The position numbers were made by a program, and so were the translations under genes. DNA of 32,000 nucleotides from Pseudoalteromonas tetraodonis (lineage in GTDB: Bacteria > Pseudomonadota > Gammaproteobacteria > Enterobacterales > Alteromonadaceae), in NCBI RefSeq assembly GCF_002310835.1, contig NZ_CP011041.1, positions 2,760,001 through 2,792,000 of the forward strand, given 5' to 3'. Below the pieces are notes generated by a model that saw only the letters and a list, made by a program, of their open reading frames with translations, had not been told where the DNA came from and searched no databases. This document shows positions 17,492 to 25,197 of the stretch, piece by piece (positions within the stretch are counted from its first letter, which is position 1; every line of letters starts with the position of its first letter).

Positions 17492-20176
17492 TTAGAATGA
17501 AAAACCCGCTCTCATACCGTAGTATCTCGGCATACCAAAGCTGCCTTTTGGGATCCCCTTACCAGTATTATTCCAGTATTGAATAGTTTCATCTGAAGCA
17601 TTATTAACAAACACTTCTGCAAACCAGTTTTGTCCTTGCGGCTCATACTTAATAGAGGCGTTAAATACGGCAAACGCATCGCGGCTATCATCGATATATT
17701 TTGTTGCTTCATCTGGCACTTGAAAATCCATGTCATCTAAATGTTTATCAACATTCCATACCGTTGAGTACGACTCATCTTTCCAACTGGCATTTAACCA
17801 TGCGTGAACAAAACCATACTCTCCTAAGTTGAGTGTATGTGTGTAACTGATATTGGCGGTAAACTCAGGGGTCATTGCTAAATTATTCCCCTTAAGATTG
17901 GTAGCTAACAGGGTATTTTCAGGATCTTTTGATTCTTCATAAGAAATATCAAACAGATACTCCGCGTCGTAATCCCATTTAGTATTCCAATCTTCAGTAA
18001 CTTTTGCATCAGTCCACGTTACGTAACCACTAATTCGACCATTTGGATACGGCTTCCAATCAAACTCAAGCTCAATCCCTTTTATTGTTGAGCCAGGGAC
18101 ATTTTGTGTGTAGTAAGCTATAACTGGCTTGTTTTGAAAATCGAGTACAGGCTCGCCATTACCGTCTAAAACGGGAGAGCCATCTTCATCTTCTACCACA
18201 GATAAACGCTCTACGTTACCAATAGAGCCCACTGATGCGTATTGCATGTCGGTGTAATCTGTGTAGAAAAATGCGGCTTTTAGGTTTAATGAGTTATCAA
18301 AAAAGCTCGATTTAGCACCCAATTCCCATGTTAGTACTTCTTCTGGGTCGAACTTGGTTTCAAAACGAGTAACGTCACCGGTTCTGTCATTTACCACTTC
18401 GTAAACATCACCAATACCACCGGCTTTAAAGCCACTGGCAAGATAGGTATAAACCATGGTTTCAGGTGAAATGTCATAATCTAAACCAACACGAAAATCA
18501 TGGTGTTTCCAACTTCCCTTATTGTCGTTTTCAAAGTATGACGCATAAATAGAAGGATCTTCGTAGTAGTCAACAGGAAGGTTATTTAAATCAGTTCTAT
18601 TTAACCAACCTACGGCGCAGCCATCAGCATTAGAACAGCGATAGGTTTTTCCGCCTTTATCTTCTTTTGTTTCATCACTAAATCGATAGCCAAGTGTTAG
18701 GTGTAACTTTTCAGTTAAGTTGTATGTACCTTGACCAAATAATGCGAGGGCGTCGGTAGAACGATCGGGTTGATCCCAAAACGCTTTGTCATCCATAGGA
18801 TTATCGTAATAACCTAAGGTTTTTGTTCTTTCATGAAAGTAATTAATACCTGCAATCCAGATAAAGTCGCCATATTCATCAGATTGTATTTGCAGCTCAG
18901 TTGAAAAAGACTCTGCGCCAGTGCCGTCTAAAAAGTAAGTTGCGCCATCCCAAGGGTCTAAACCTACTTCACTATCTTGTGCTGAAGAGCGTTCCATATC
19001 TTCATAGCCCAATAACCAGACAAGTGAATATTCATCGTTTATGTTGTAATTAAGGGTGTTTCTTAAGTACGTGATATCTAAATTAAGCTTACCGGGCACA
19101 TTTACAACCGCCTGATAAGTATTATCGCTGGGTAAAAAGTTAGTGCAGTCTCCCCCTAGTTCAGCACTTCTGCCACGAATTTTATCGCAGTTAACTAAAT
19201 CTAGGTTGTTATTGCTGTCATTTACATACTTTTGAAAAACAGTGTGGTTTGAAAAATTGCCGTCCAAAGGCTCCCACAAGGTGCTAATTCTAAATGAATA
19301 TTCATCAGCATTATTGTAAAAATTGCTTTTATCAGCCGGTGTTAGCGCGCGAACTTTTTGCGCTTCTGGATCTGTGCCAGCGCCATCTATCCACCAGTTT
19401 TCTCGTTGGGTAATTGTTTGACCCACGCCTTGATAAGAATCTTCAGAGATTACTGGCGCATTAAGAATATCGTCGCTTAAGCGTCTTGAGTCATATTGGT
19501 TAGGATCGTAATACCCTTCTAAATAAGAATCCCGTTTCAAGCCTTTTCCTGAAAACCTAACGGCAAATTCATCATTAATAGGAATATTTAAGACTGCATC
19601 AATATTTTTACTATTAAAGTTTCCCGCTTCAATACTGACGTTGCCATATAAACCGGTAAACTCTGGTTTTGCTGAAATAACATTAATACTACCCACCGTT
19701 GAGTTACGACCAAATAGAGTGCCTTGTGGGCCCCTTAGAGCTTCAACTCTGTCTATGTCGTACATCAATGCAAGGGCACCTTGCATACGTGGTGAGTAAA
19801 TACCATCAAGGTGAACACCCACAGCCGGATCGCCAAGCTCAGTAATATTAGTAGAGCGTACACCTCGCATTGAAATAACCGGCGCAGCTTGATCTGTTGC
19901 AGTTGAAATATCTAAGCCAGGGACTAAGTTAGCAATATCCTTAACGCTATTAACACCGTTTCTTTTCAGCTCGGCTTCAGTTAATGCTGTAATGGCAACA
20001 GGTGTTTCCATTAATCTTGTTTTTCGCTTAGTTGCTGTTACCGAAATGATTTCTAATGAAACTGTTTCTTTTTCTGACGCTTGCTCTTTATCCGTAGAAG
20101 CTTCTTGAGCATTCAATGGCATTGAACAAGCCAACGCAACGGCTATTGATAGTGCTGTTTTATTTATTGTGTGCAT
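17492..20176 (-). CDS. TonB-dependent outer-membrane receptor
   Basis: 894 aa. It has a signal peptide (ACSMPLNAQEA), a plug domain (ISVTATKR...TPVAITALT...RGPQGTLFGRNSTVGSINV), beta-barrel repeats and a terminal aromatic residue (RAGFSF). Confidence 0.9.
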   Translation of the reverse strand: MHTINKTALSIAVALACSMPLNAQEASTDKEQASEKETVSLEIISVTATKRKTRLMETPVAITALTEAELKRNGVNSVKDIANLVPGLDISTATDQAAPVISMRGVRSTNITELGDPAVGVHLDGIYSPRMQGALALMYDIDRVEALRGPQGTLFGRNSTVGSINVISAKPEFTGLYGNVSIEAGNFNSKNIDAVLNIPINDEFAVRFSGKGLKRDSYLEGYYDPNQYDSRRLSDDILNAPVISEDSYQGVGQTITQRENWWIDGAGTDPEAQKVRALTPADKSNFYNNADEYSFRISTLWEPLDGNFSNHTVFQKYVNDSNNNLDLVNCDKIRGRSAELGGDCTNFLPSDNTYQAVVNVPGKLNLDITYLRNTLNYNINDEYSLVWLLGYEDMERSSAQDSEVGLDPWDGATYFLDGTGAESFSTELQIQSDEYGDFIWIAGINYFHERTKTLGYYDNPMDDKAFWDQPDRSTDALALFGQGTYNLTEKLHLTLGYRFSDETKEDKGGKTYRCSNADGCAVGWLNRTDLNNLPVDYYEDPSIYASYFENDNKGSWKHHDFRVGLDYDISPETMVYTYLASGFKAGGIGDVYEVVNDRTGDVTRFETKFDPEEVLTWELGAKSSFFDNSLNLKAAFFYTDYTDMQYASVGSIGNVERLSVVEDEDGSPVLDGNGEPVLDFQNKPVIAYYTQNVPGSTIKGIELEFDWKPYPNGRISGYVTWTDAKVTEDWNTKWDYDAEYLFDISYEESKDPENTLLATNLKGNNLAMTPEFTANISYTHTLNLGEYGFVHAWLNASWKDESYSTVWNVDKHLDDMDFQVPDEATKYIDDSRDAFAVFNASIKYEPQGQNWFAEVFVNNASDETIQYWNNTGKGIPKGSFGMPRYYGMRAGFSF

Positions 20177-20393
20177 GTTTGACCTTTTGGATGTGTGTGT
20201 AAACGTTAAACTTTGTTACTTTTATTTAACAGTCTCATAGTATCCATATCGATTATTTTTATTACTAGTCAAATACGCCAAGACGAGTTAGATATAATAC
20301 AAACCGAAATCACCTTCTAATTTTTGAAACTAAAGCCAGATAAACATCAAGTATTTTCCTCGTAGTTTAGCTTTTTGACTCTATTTCAGACAC

Positions 20394-20418
20394 AAAAAAA
20401 CCGACTTAGTGTCGGCTT
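20394..20418 (-). terminator. Rho-independent terminator attached to pseudo-tRNA unit 1
   Basis: The minus strand reads aag-CCGAC-actaa-GTCGG-ttttttt. The stem is the same as in the terminator that follows the functional tRNA-Arg array. Confidence 0.6.
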
Positions 20419-20429
20419 ATTTATAAAAG

Positions 20430-20487
20430 CGGTAGACGCAGGATATCTCTTGTAAGGGTGAACCTATGACTGCCTGGTTCGTAGCTA
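20430..20487 (-). pseudogene. Decayed tRNA-Arg copy (psi-1), 3' two-thirds only
   Basis: cggtagacgcaggatatctcttgtaagggtgaacctatgactgcctggttcgtagctagag aligns to the antisense of tRNA-Arg (tggtgggcgcagg...cctccgaccgcctggttcgtagccagg). An insertion disrupts the T-arm. Confidence 0.6.
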
Positions 20488-20897
20488 GAGGAAACGGCAC
20501 ATCTACGTGAGCAAGCTCTTCGTCTACATTAAAACGTTGTGGTGATATTATTTATAGACCGTAGCTTACAGGCGTTTAAATACTCATGGTGATTTTGAAC
20601 TTCTCATTTACCCCTCTTTCATTTCTCTTTGTGCATTTAGGTTTTTAAGGGCGTTATTCATAAAAAGGTTACGAGGCGCTGCGCTTTTAGAGAAGTAATT
20701 AAAACTTTATAAGTCGCAAGCTCTACGTCTACATAAAAAGCTGCGGTGATATTATTTATAGACCGTAGCTTATAGGCTTTTAAATGGTGATTTTGAACTT
20801 CTCATTTACCCCTCTTTCATTTCTCTTTGTGCATTTAAGTTTTTAAGGGCGTTATTCATAAAAAGGTTACGAGGCGCTGCGCTTTTAGAGAAGTGAC
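20488..20897 (+). repeat. R-unit noncoding repeat, two tandem copies (period ~205 bp)
   Basis: aagctct(t/a)cgtctacat recurs at 20513 and 20718. The cores 20583-20705 and 20781-20897 are near-identical to each other and about 90 percent identical to 11941-12063. Confidence 0.9.
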
Positions 20898-20969
20898 TGA
20901 ATGGAAGATTTGGCAGTATGTATCATTAGGTTTAACTGATATCTGAAAGCTTTCTCAAATTTCAGACAT

Positions 20970-20994
20970 AAAAAAACCGACTTAATGTCGGCTT
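20970..20994 (-). terminator. Rho-independent terminator attached to pseudo-tRNA unit 2
   Basis: The minus strand reads aag-CCGAC-attaa-GTCGG-ttttttt, identical to the terminator at 21232-21256. Confidence 0.6.
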
Positions 20995-21005
20995 ATTTAT
21001 GAAAG

Positions 21006-21062
21006 TGGTGGGCGCAGGACGTATCTTCTAAGAGTGAACCTCCGACCGCTTGGTTCGTAGCT
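21006..21062 (-). pseudogene. Decayed tRNA-Arg copy (psi-2), 3' portion
   Basis: tggtgggcgcaggACGTATCTTCTAAGAGTGaacctccgaccgcttggttcgtagc. The acceptor 3' strand is intact, the T-arm is replaced or expanded, the anticodon stem is no longer complementary, and the 5' half is missing. Confidence 0.65.
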
Positions 21063-21096
21063 TGCTACTTTCCCATATTCACTTTATTTCAGGCAC

Positions 21097-21121
21097 AAAA
21101 AAACCGACTCAGTGTCGGCTT
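21097..21121 (-). terminator. Rho-independent terminator attached to pseudo-tRNA unit 3
   Basis: The minus strand reads aag-CCGAC-actga-GTCGG-ttttttt. Confidence 0.6.
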
Positions 21122-21132
21122 ATGTATGAAAG

Positions 21133-21212
21133 TGGTGAGCGCAGGACGTATCTTCTAAGAGTGAACCTCCGACTGCTTGGTTCGGAGTAGGTTACTCTAT
21201 CCACATCCACGC
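21133..21212 (-). pseudogene. Decayed near-full-length tRNA-Arg copy (psi-3)
   Basis: tggtgagcgcaggacgtatcttctaagagtgaacctccgactgcttggttcggagtaggttactctatccacatccacgc. It carries the same T-arm insertion as psi-2. The anticodon and D regions are mutated (ttcggag instead of ttcgtag). Confidence 0.65.
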
Positions 21213-21231
21213 TTTGATTTATTTCAGGCAC

Positions 21232-21256
21232 AAAAAAACCGACTTAATGTCGGCTT
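21232..21256 (-). terminator. Rho-independent terminator of the functional tRNA operon
   Basis: The minus strand reads aag-CCGAC-attaa-GTCGG-ttttttt, immediately 3' of the last tRNA-Arg. Confidence 0.75.
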
Positions 21257-21267
21257 ATTTATGAAAG

Positions 21268-21344
21268 TGGTGGGCGCAGGAGGATTCGAACCTCCGACCG
21301 CCTGGTTCGTAGCCAGGTACTCTATCCAGCTGAGCTATGCGCCC
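21268..21344 (-). tRNA. tRNA-Arg (anticodon ACG), copy 3 of 3
   Basis: The reverse complement is GGGCGCATAGCTCAGCTGGATAGAGTACCTGGCTACGAACCAGGCGGTCGGAGGTTCGAATCCTCCTGCGCCCACCA. It folds as a cloverleaf (7-bp acceptor, CCTGG/CCAGG anticodon stem, loop CTACGAA, encoded CCA). It closely resembles E. coli argV-type tRNA. Confidence 0.95.
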
Positions 21345-21387
21345 ACTTTCATATTTACTTATTTAAACTCTAAGTGAGAGTTGAAAG

Positions 21388-21464
21388 TGGTGGGCGCAGG
21401 AGGATTCGAACCTCCGACCGCCTGGTTCGTAGCCAGGTACTCTATCCAGCTGAGCTATGCGCCC
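21388..21464 (-). tRNA. tRNA-Arg (anticodon ACG), copy 2 of 3
   Basis: The 77-nt sequence is identical to 21268-21344. Confidence 0.95.
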
Positions 21465-21522
21465 ACTTTCATTTTGCTTGTTTTAACTCTAAGCAGAGCG
21501 TTCTCTAAAAGAGAGCAAAGTA

Positions 21523-21599
21523 TGGTGGGCGCAGGAGGATTCGAACCTCCGACCGCCTGGTTCGTAGCCAGGTACTCTATCCAGCTGAGCTATGCGCCC
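21523..21599 (-). tRNA. tRNA-Arg (anticodon ACG), copy 1 of 3
   Basis: The 77-nt sequence is identical to 21268-21344. Confidence 0.95.
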
Positions 21600-21633
21600 A
21601 TACTTTATTTTACAAGATGCGCCATTTAAAAAA

Positions 21634-21726
21634 TGGTGGAGAGGGAGGGATTCGAACCCTCGATAGAGCTACAAACTCTATACTCCCTTAGCAGGGGAGC
21701 TCCTTCGGCCACTCGGACACCTCTCC
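21634..21726 (-). tRNA. serV: tRNA-Ser (anticodon GCT), long variable arm; first gene of a serV-argV-type operon
   Basis: The reverse complement is GGAGAGGTGTCCGAGTGGCCGAAGGAGCTCCCCTGCTAAGGGAGTATAGAGTTTGTAGCTCTATCGAGGGTTCGAATCCCTCCCTCTCCACCA (93 nt). The anticodon loop is CTGCTAA, the class II variable stem is TAGAG...CTCTA, and CCA is encoded. Confidence 0.93.
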
Positions 21727-21740
21727 GTCTTGTGGGGCGT

Positions 21741-21768
21741 ATAATAAAGATTTCAGAAAATATGTCAA
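21741..21768 (-). promoter_or_regulatory. Sigma-70 promoter of the tRNA operon (stable-RNA type)
   Basis: The minus strand reads TTGACA (21768-21763), a 16-nt spacer, TATTAT (21746-21741), then a GC-rich discriminator acgcccc. It lies ~15 nt upstream of the tRNA-Ser 5' end. A 7-bp inverted repeat (cactttt ctgac aaaagtg) lies just upstream at 21771-21789. Confidence 0.6.
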
Positions 21769-21854
21769 ACACTTTTCTGACAAAAGTGACTATATGGCTA
21801 TAGATTGCACACATGCCTGGTTTTAAAGTGTAATTAGTTTGAAAAATAATCAGG

Positions 21855-22037
21855 TTAGGTGTTTGGGGTGCTTGAATTTACACCCATCACTGGCACTAGT
21901 TCGTCCGTAAGTTCAGCAAGGTATTGCTCTTGATAGCCTAACTTCTGAAACTCGGCAATACACGCGCGATAATACGCTTCTCGCTGTTGCTCTGTAGTGT
22001 TCTCATCAGGTAAAGATTCTACTCGTTTAGCTTTCAT
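21855..22037 (-). CDS. Small hypothetical protein (60 aa)
   Basis: The ORF MKAKRVESLPDENTTEQQREAYYRACIAEFQKLGYQEQYLAELTDELVPV is helical and acidic, with a weak SD (agagaaataatATG). No family was recognised. Confidence 0.4.
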   Translation of the reverse strand: MKAKRVESLPDENTTEQQREAYYRACIAEFQKLGYQEQYLAELTDELVPVMGVNSSTPNT

Positions 22038-22335
22038 ATTATTTCTCTAAGTCCTTTAGAAATTTTTATTTTTTACGACTAAGAATGACCGTGTATAAAT
22101 TTCGGCCACATTTTAGCTAAAAAATTCACATAAATACAACATAATGTTTAAAAAACAATCATACCAAAAAGTTATAACACTGCTGTAATGTTGCTAAGCA
22201 GTCAAGCAACTTTATGATAATGAAGCTGAATTAAAGATTAATTTACTTTTATACTTACACTTAATTATCAGTGTAGTACTTATTAATTAAAAGCCCTAAT
22301 GTGAAGTTTAGGCAATGTCTCACAAACAATAGGGC

Positions 22336-22363
22336 AAAAAAAACGCCGCTAGTTAGCGGCGTT
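22336..22363 (-). terminator. Rho-independent terminator of prfB-lysS
   Basis: The minus strand reads AACGCCGC-taacta-GCGGCGTT followed by tttttt, 29 nt after the lysS stop. Confidence 0.75.
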
Positions 22364-22391
22364 GATAATTTTTTAGTTTATTCCTTCAAGC

Positions 22392-23927
22392 TTAGTCTGC
22401 TTGTGGGCGCATATGCGGGAATAAAATAACATCTTTGATAGTTGATGAGTCAGTAAACAACATGACTAAACGGTCAATACCAATCCCTTCACCGGCTGTT
22501 GGTGGTAAACCATACTCTAGCGCGCGAATGTAGTCTTCGTCGTAGTGCATTGCTTCATCATCACCTGCGTCTTTTTCTTCAACTTGGCGAGAAAAACGCT
22601 CAGCTTGATCTTGTGCATCATTAAGCTCAGAGAAACCATTTGCAAGCTCACGGCCACCAACAAAGAATTCAAAGCGGTCAGTTACAAATGGGTTTTCGTC
22701 GTTACGACGTGCAAGTGGCGATACTTCCCACGGATACCCTGTGATAAATGTAGGTTGGATAAGCATATGCTCAGCCGTCTCTTCAAATATTTCACATAAA
22801 AACTTACCCGGGCCCCATACGCAGTTTTCAGGAATTTTAACATGCACTTGTTTAGCGTACGCTTTTAATTCTTCAAAGTGGTTTTCTGGGTCGTTAAATA
22901 CCGCAGCATCAAACTCAGGGTTATATTTTAAGATTGCGTCGCTCATGCTTAAACGTGTGAACGGTTGACCAAAGTCATACTCTACTGAATCAATCACTTC
23001 ACCGTTTTCATCTTTAGTGGTATTAACAACGATTGGGCTGCCCAGTACGTTAGTTGCAACTGTACGTAGCATGTCTTCGGTGATGTTCATTAAATCAATG
23101 TAGTCAGCGTATGCTTGGTAGAACTCAATCATGGTGAATTCTGGGTTGTGACGCGTTGATAACCCTTCGTTACGGAAGTTACGGTTAATTTCGAATACAC
23201 GGTCAAAACCACCTACTACTAAACGCTTTAAGTAAAGCTCAGGCGCAATACGTAAGTACATGTCGATATCAAGCGCATTATGATGAGTTACGAATGGACG
23301 CGCAGATGCACCACCAGGAATAACCTGTAGCATTGGCGTTTCTACTTCCATAAAATCGCGGTCTGCTAAAAAGCGACGAATACCTTCAACCACTTGTGAG
23401 CGAATGCGGAATGTTTCACGCGTTGCTTCGTTAGTAATTAAATCAACATAACGCTGACGGTATTTTGTTTCTTGATCCGATAGGCCATGGAATTTTTCAG
23501 GAAGTGGACGAAGTGACTTAGTCAGTAGTTCGTACTCAGCCATATCTACGTATAAATCGCCTTTACCCGATTTATTAAGCGGCCCTTTAACACCAATAAT
23601 ATCGCCAATATCAAGCTGGCCATATTTTGCTTTTAAATCTTTTTGTACGTCTTTTGATGCATAAACTTGTACACGGCCTTTCATATCTTGAATAGACATA
23701 AACGGACCACGCTTAGCAAGAATACGACCTGCAATCGATACTACGTGCTGTAATTCGATTAATTCTTCTTTACTCTTATCACCAAACTCAGCCTGCAAAT
23801 CTGCCGTGTAATGCTCACGACGGAATTGGTTTGGATGACCGTTGGCTGGGCAATTTGCGCGAATAGCGTCTAATTTGCCGCGACGCTCAGCGATTAACTT
23901 ATTTTCGTCTTGGATTTGATCAGTCAT
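22392..23927 (-). CDS. lysS: Lysine--tRNA ligase (class II)
   Basis: 511 aa. Class II motifs are present ([29 protein letters not shown]). It lies directly downstream of prfB, as in E. coli. Confidence 0.97.
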   Translation of the reverse strand: MTDQIQDENKLIAERRGKLDAIRANCPANGHPNQFRREHYTADLQAEFGDKSKEELIELQHVVSIAGRILAKRGPFMSIQDMKGRVQVYASKDVQKDLKAKYGQLDIGDIIGVKGPLNKSGKGDLYVDMAEYELLTKSLRPLPEKFHGLSDQETKYRQRYVDLITNEATRETFRIRSQVVEGIRRFLADRDFMEVETPMLQVIPGGASARPFVTHHNALDIDMYLRIAPELYLKRLVVGGFDRVFEINRNFRNEGLSTRHNPEFTMIEFYQAYADYIDLMNITEDMLRTVATNVLGSPIVVNTTKDENGEVIDSVEYDFGQPFTRLSMSDAILKYNPEFDAAVFNDPENHFEELKAYAKQVHVKIPENCVWGPGKFLCEIFEETAEHMLIQPTFITGYPWEVSPLARRNDENPFVTDRFEFFVGGRELANGFSELNDAQDQAERFSRQVEEKDAGDDEAMHYDEDYIRALEYGLPPTAGEGIGIDRLVMLFTDSSTIKDVILFPHMRPQAD

Positions 23928-23953
23928 TTTTTAGCTCTTTTTTAGCTTGGTGG

Positions 23954-25052
23954 TTATAAACCAGATTTTAAGCTGGCTTCAATAAATTTGTCTAAGTCGC
24001 CATCGAGTACCGCTTGAGTATTACGGTTTTCAACGCCGGTACGTAAATCTTTAATACGCGAGTCATCAAGTACGTAAGAACGAATTTGACTTCCCCAGCC
24101 AATATCAGACTTGTTGTCTTCTTGGCTTTGCTTTTCTGCATTTTGCTGTTGTAGCTCAAGCTCAAATAATTTCGCTTTTAACTGCTTCATTGCTTGGGCT
24201 TTATTTTTATGCTGCGAGCGCTCGTTTTGACACTGCACCACAGTATTAGTTGGCACGTGAGTAATACGTACCGCTGATTCAGTGGTATTTACGTGCTGAC
24301 CACCTGCGCCTGATGCACGGTAAACGTCTATACGTAAGTCAGACGGATTAATGTCAATTTCAATATTGTCATCAACTTCTGGGTAAACAAACGCAGAAGC
24401 AAACGAGGTATGACGGCGGCCACTTGAATCAAATGGGCTTTTACGAACGAGGCGGTGTACGCCTGTTTCAGTGCGTAACCAACCATAAGCGTATTCGCCA
24501 GAAAAACGCACCGTTGCGCCTTTAATACCAGCAACATCACCATCGGTCGCTTCAACAAGCTCTACTTTAAAGCCTTTTGCTTCACCCCAGCGTAAATACA
24601 TGCGAAGTAAAATATTACACCAGTCTTGCGCTTCAGTACCGCCAGAACCTGACTGTAAATCAAGGTAGGCATCGTTTGAATCGTGAGAACCTGAAAACAT
24701 ACGACGAAACTCAAGCCCTTCAAGCTGCTGATTTAAATCAGCCAGTTCACTTTGTGCTTCATCAAAAGTGTCTTGATCTTCGGCTTCAACAGCAAGCTCT
24801 ACTAACCCTTCAACGTCGTCAGTACCCGCCACTAAGGTGTCAATGGTTTCAACAACGGCTTCTAAGGCTGACTTTTCACGACCAAGGGCTTGTGCGCGCT
24901 CAGGTTCATTCCATACGGCTGAATCTTCAAGTTCGGCGTTAACTTCTTCTAAACGTTCTTGTTTAAGAGCGTAGTCAAAGGTACCCCCGAAGCAGTTCAG
25001 TACGTTCGCGAATTTCCTTGATTTGATTAATCACAGGATTCACTTCAAACAT
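23954..25052 (-). CDS. prfB: Peptide chain release factor 2, expressed via a programmed +1 frameshift (25 codons in frame 0, then 340 codons in frame +1)
   Basis: ATG at 25052 reads [25 protein letters not shown], then an in-frame TGA at 24977-24975. Shifting +1 gives [11 protein letters not shown]... joining the 292-aa track ORF. SPF (RKSPFDS) and GGQ (SGAGGQHVN) motifs are present. Total length is 365 aa, as in E. coli RF2. Confidence 0.95.
24974..24989 (-). promoter_or_regulatory. prfB: prfB +1 ribosomal frameshift site
   Basis: The minus strand reads CGG GGG TAC CTT TGA C. This is an internal SD-like GGGGG, 3-nt spacing, the slippery CUU, then UGA C, essentially the E. coli AGG GGG UAU CUU UGA C signal. 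Confidence 0.9.
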
Positions 25053-25197
25053 GTACATTACTCCAAAATGGCTAGGTTATTGCGCACTTAAAAAAGACAC
25101 TGAGCGCAATTAAAAATCATCAAATAATAAAAACGCCCGATTTTAACAAAAAACCGCGCGTTTTATTAGCCTTTTATGCATGGTTTGAAGATATTTT

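Noticed and set aside
21040-21056. The heptamer GACCGCT (reverse complement of the microsatellite unit) occurs inside pseudo-tRNA psi-2, and GCGGTC occurs in the tRNA-Arg variable region, which might suggest the array was seeded from tRNA sequence
   Set aside because: A 7-mer counted over its 7 rotations on 2 strands is expected to occur many times by chance in 32 kb. The orientation is also inverted relative to the array. The match is not significant.
21177-21814. Track ORFs 21177-21377 (+), 21381-21629 (+) and 21626-21814 (-), including the repeated peptide VGAGGFEPPTAWFVARYSIQLSYAP
   Set aside because: They are translations through the tRNA-Arg and tRNA-Ser genes and their decayed copies. 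The repeated peptide is simply the antisense reading of the identical tRNA-Arg sequence. These are not genes.
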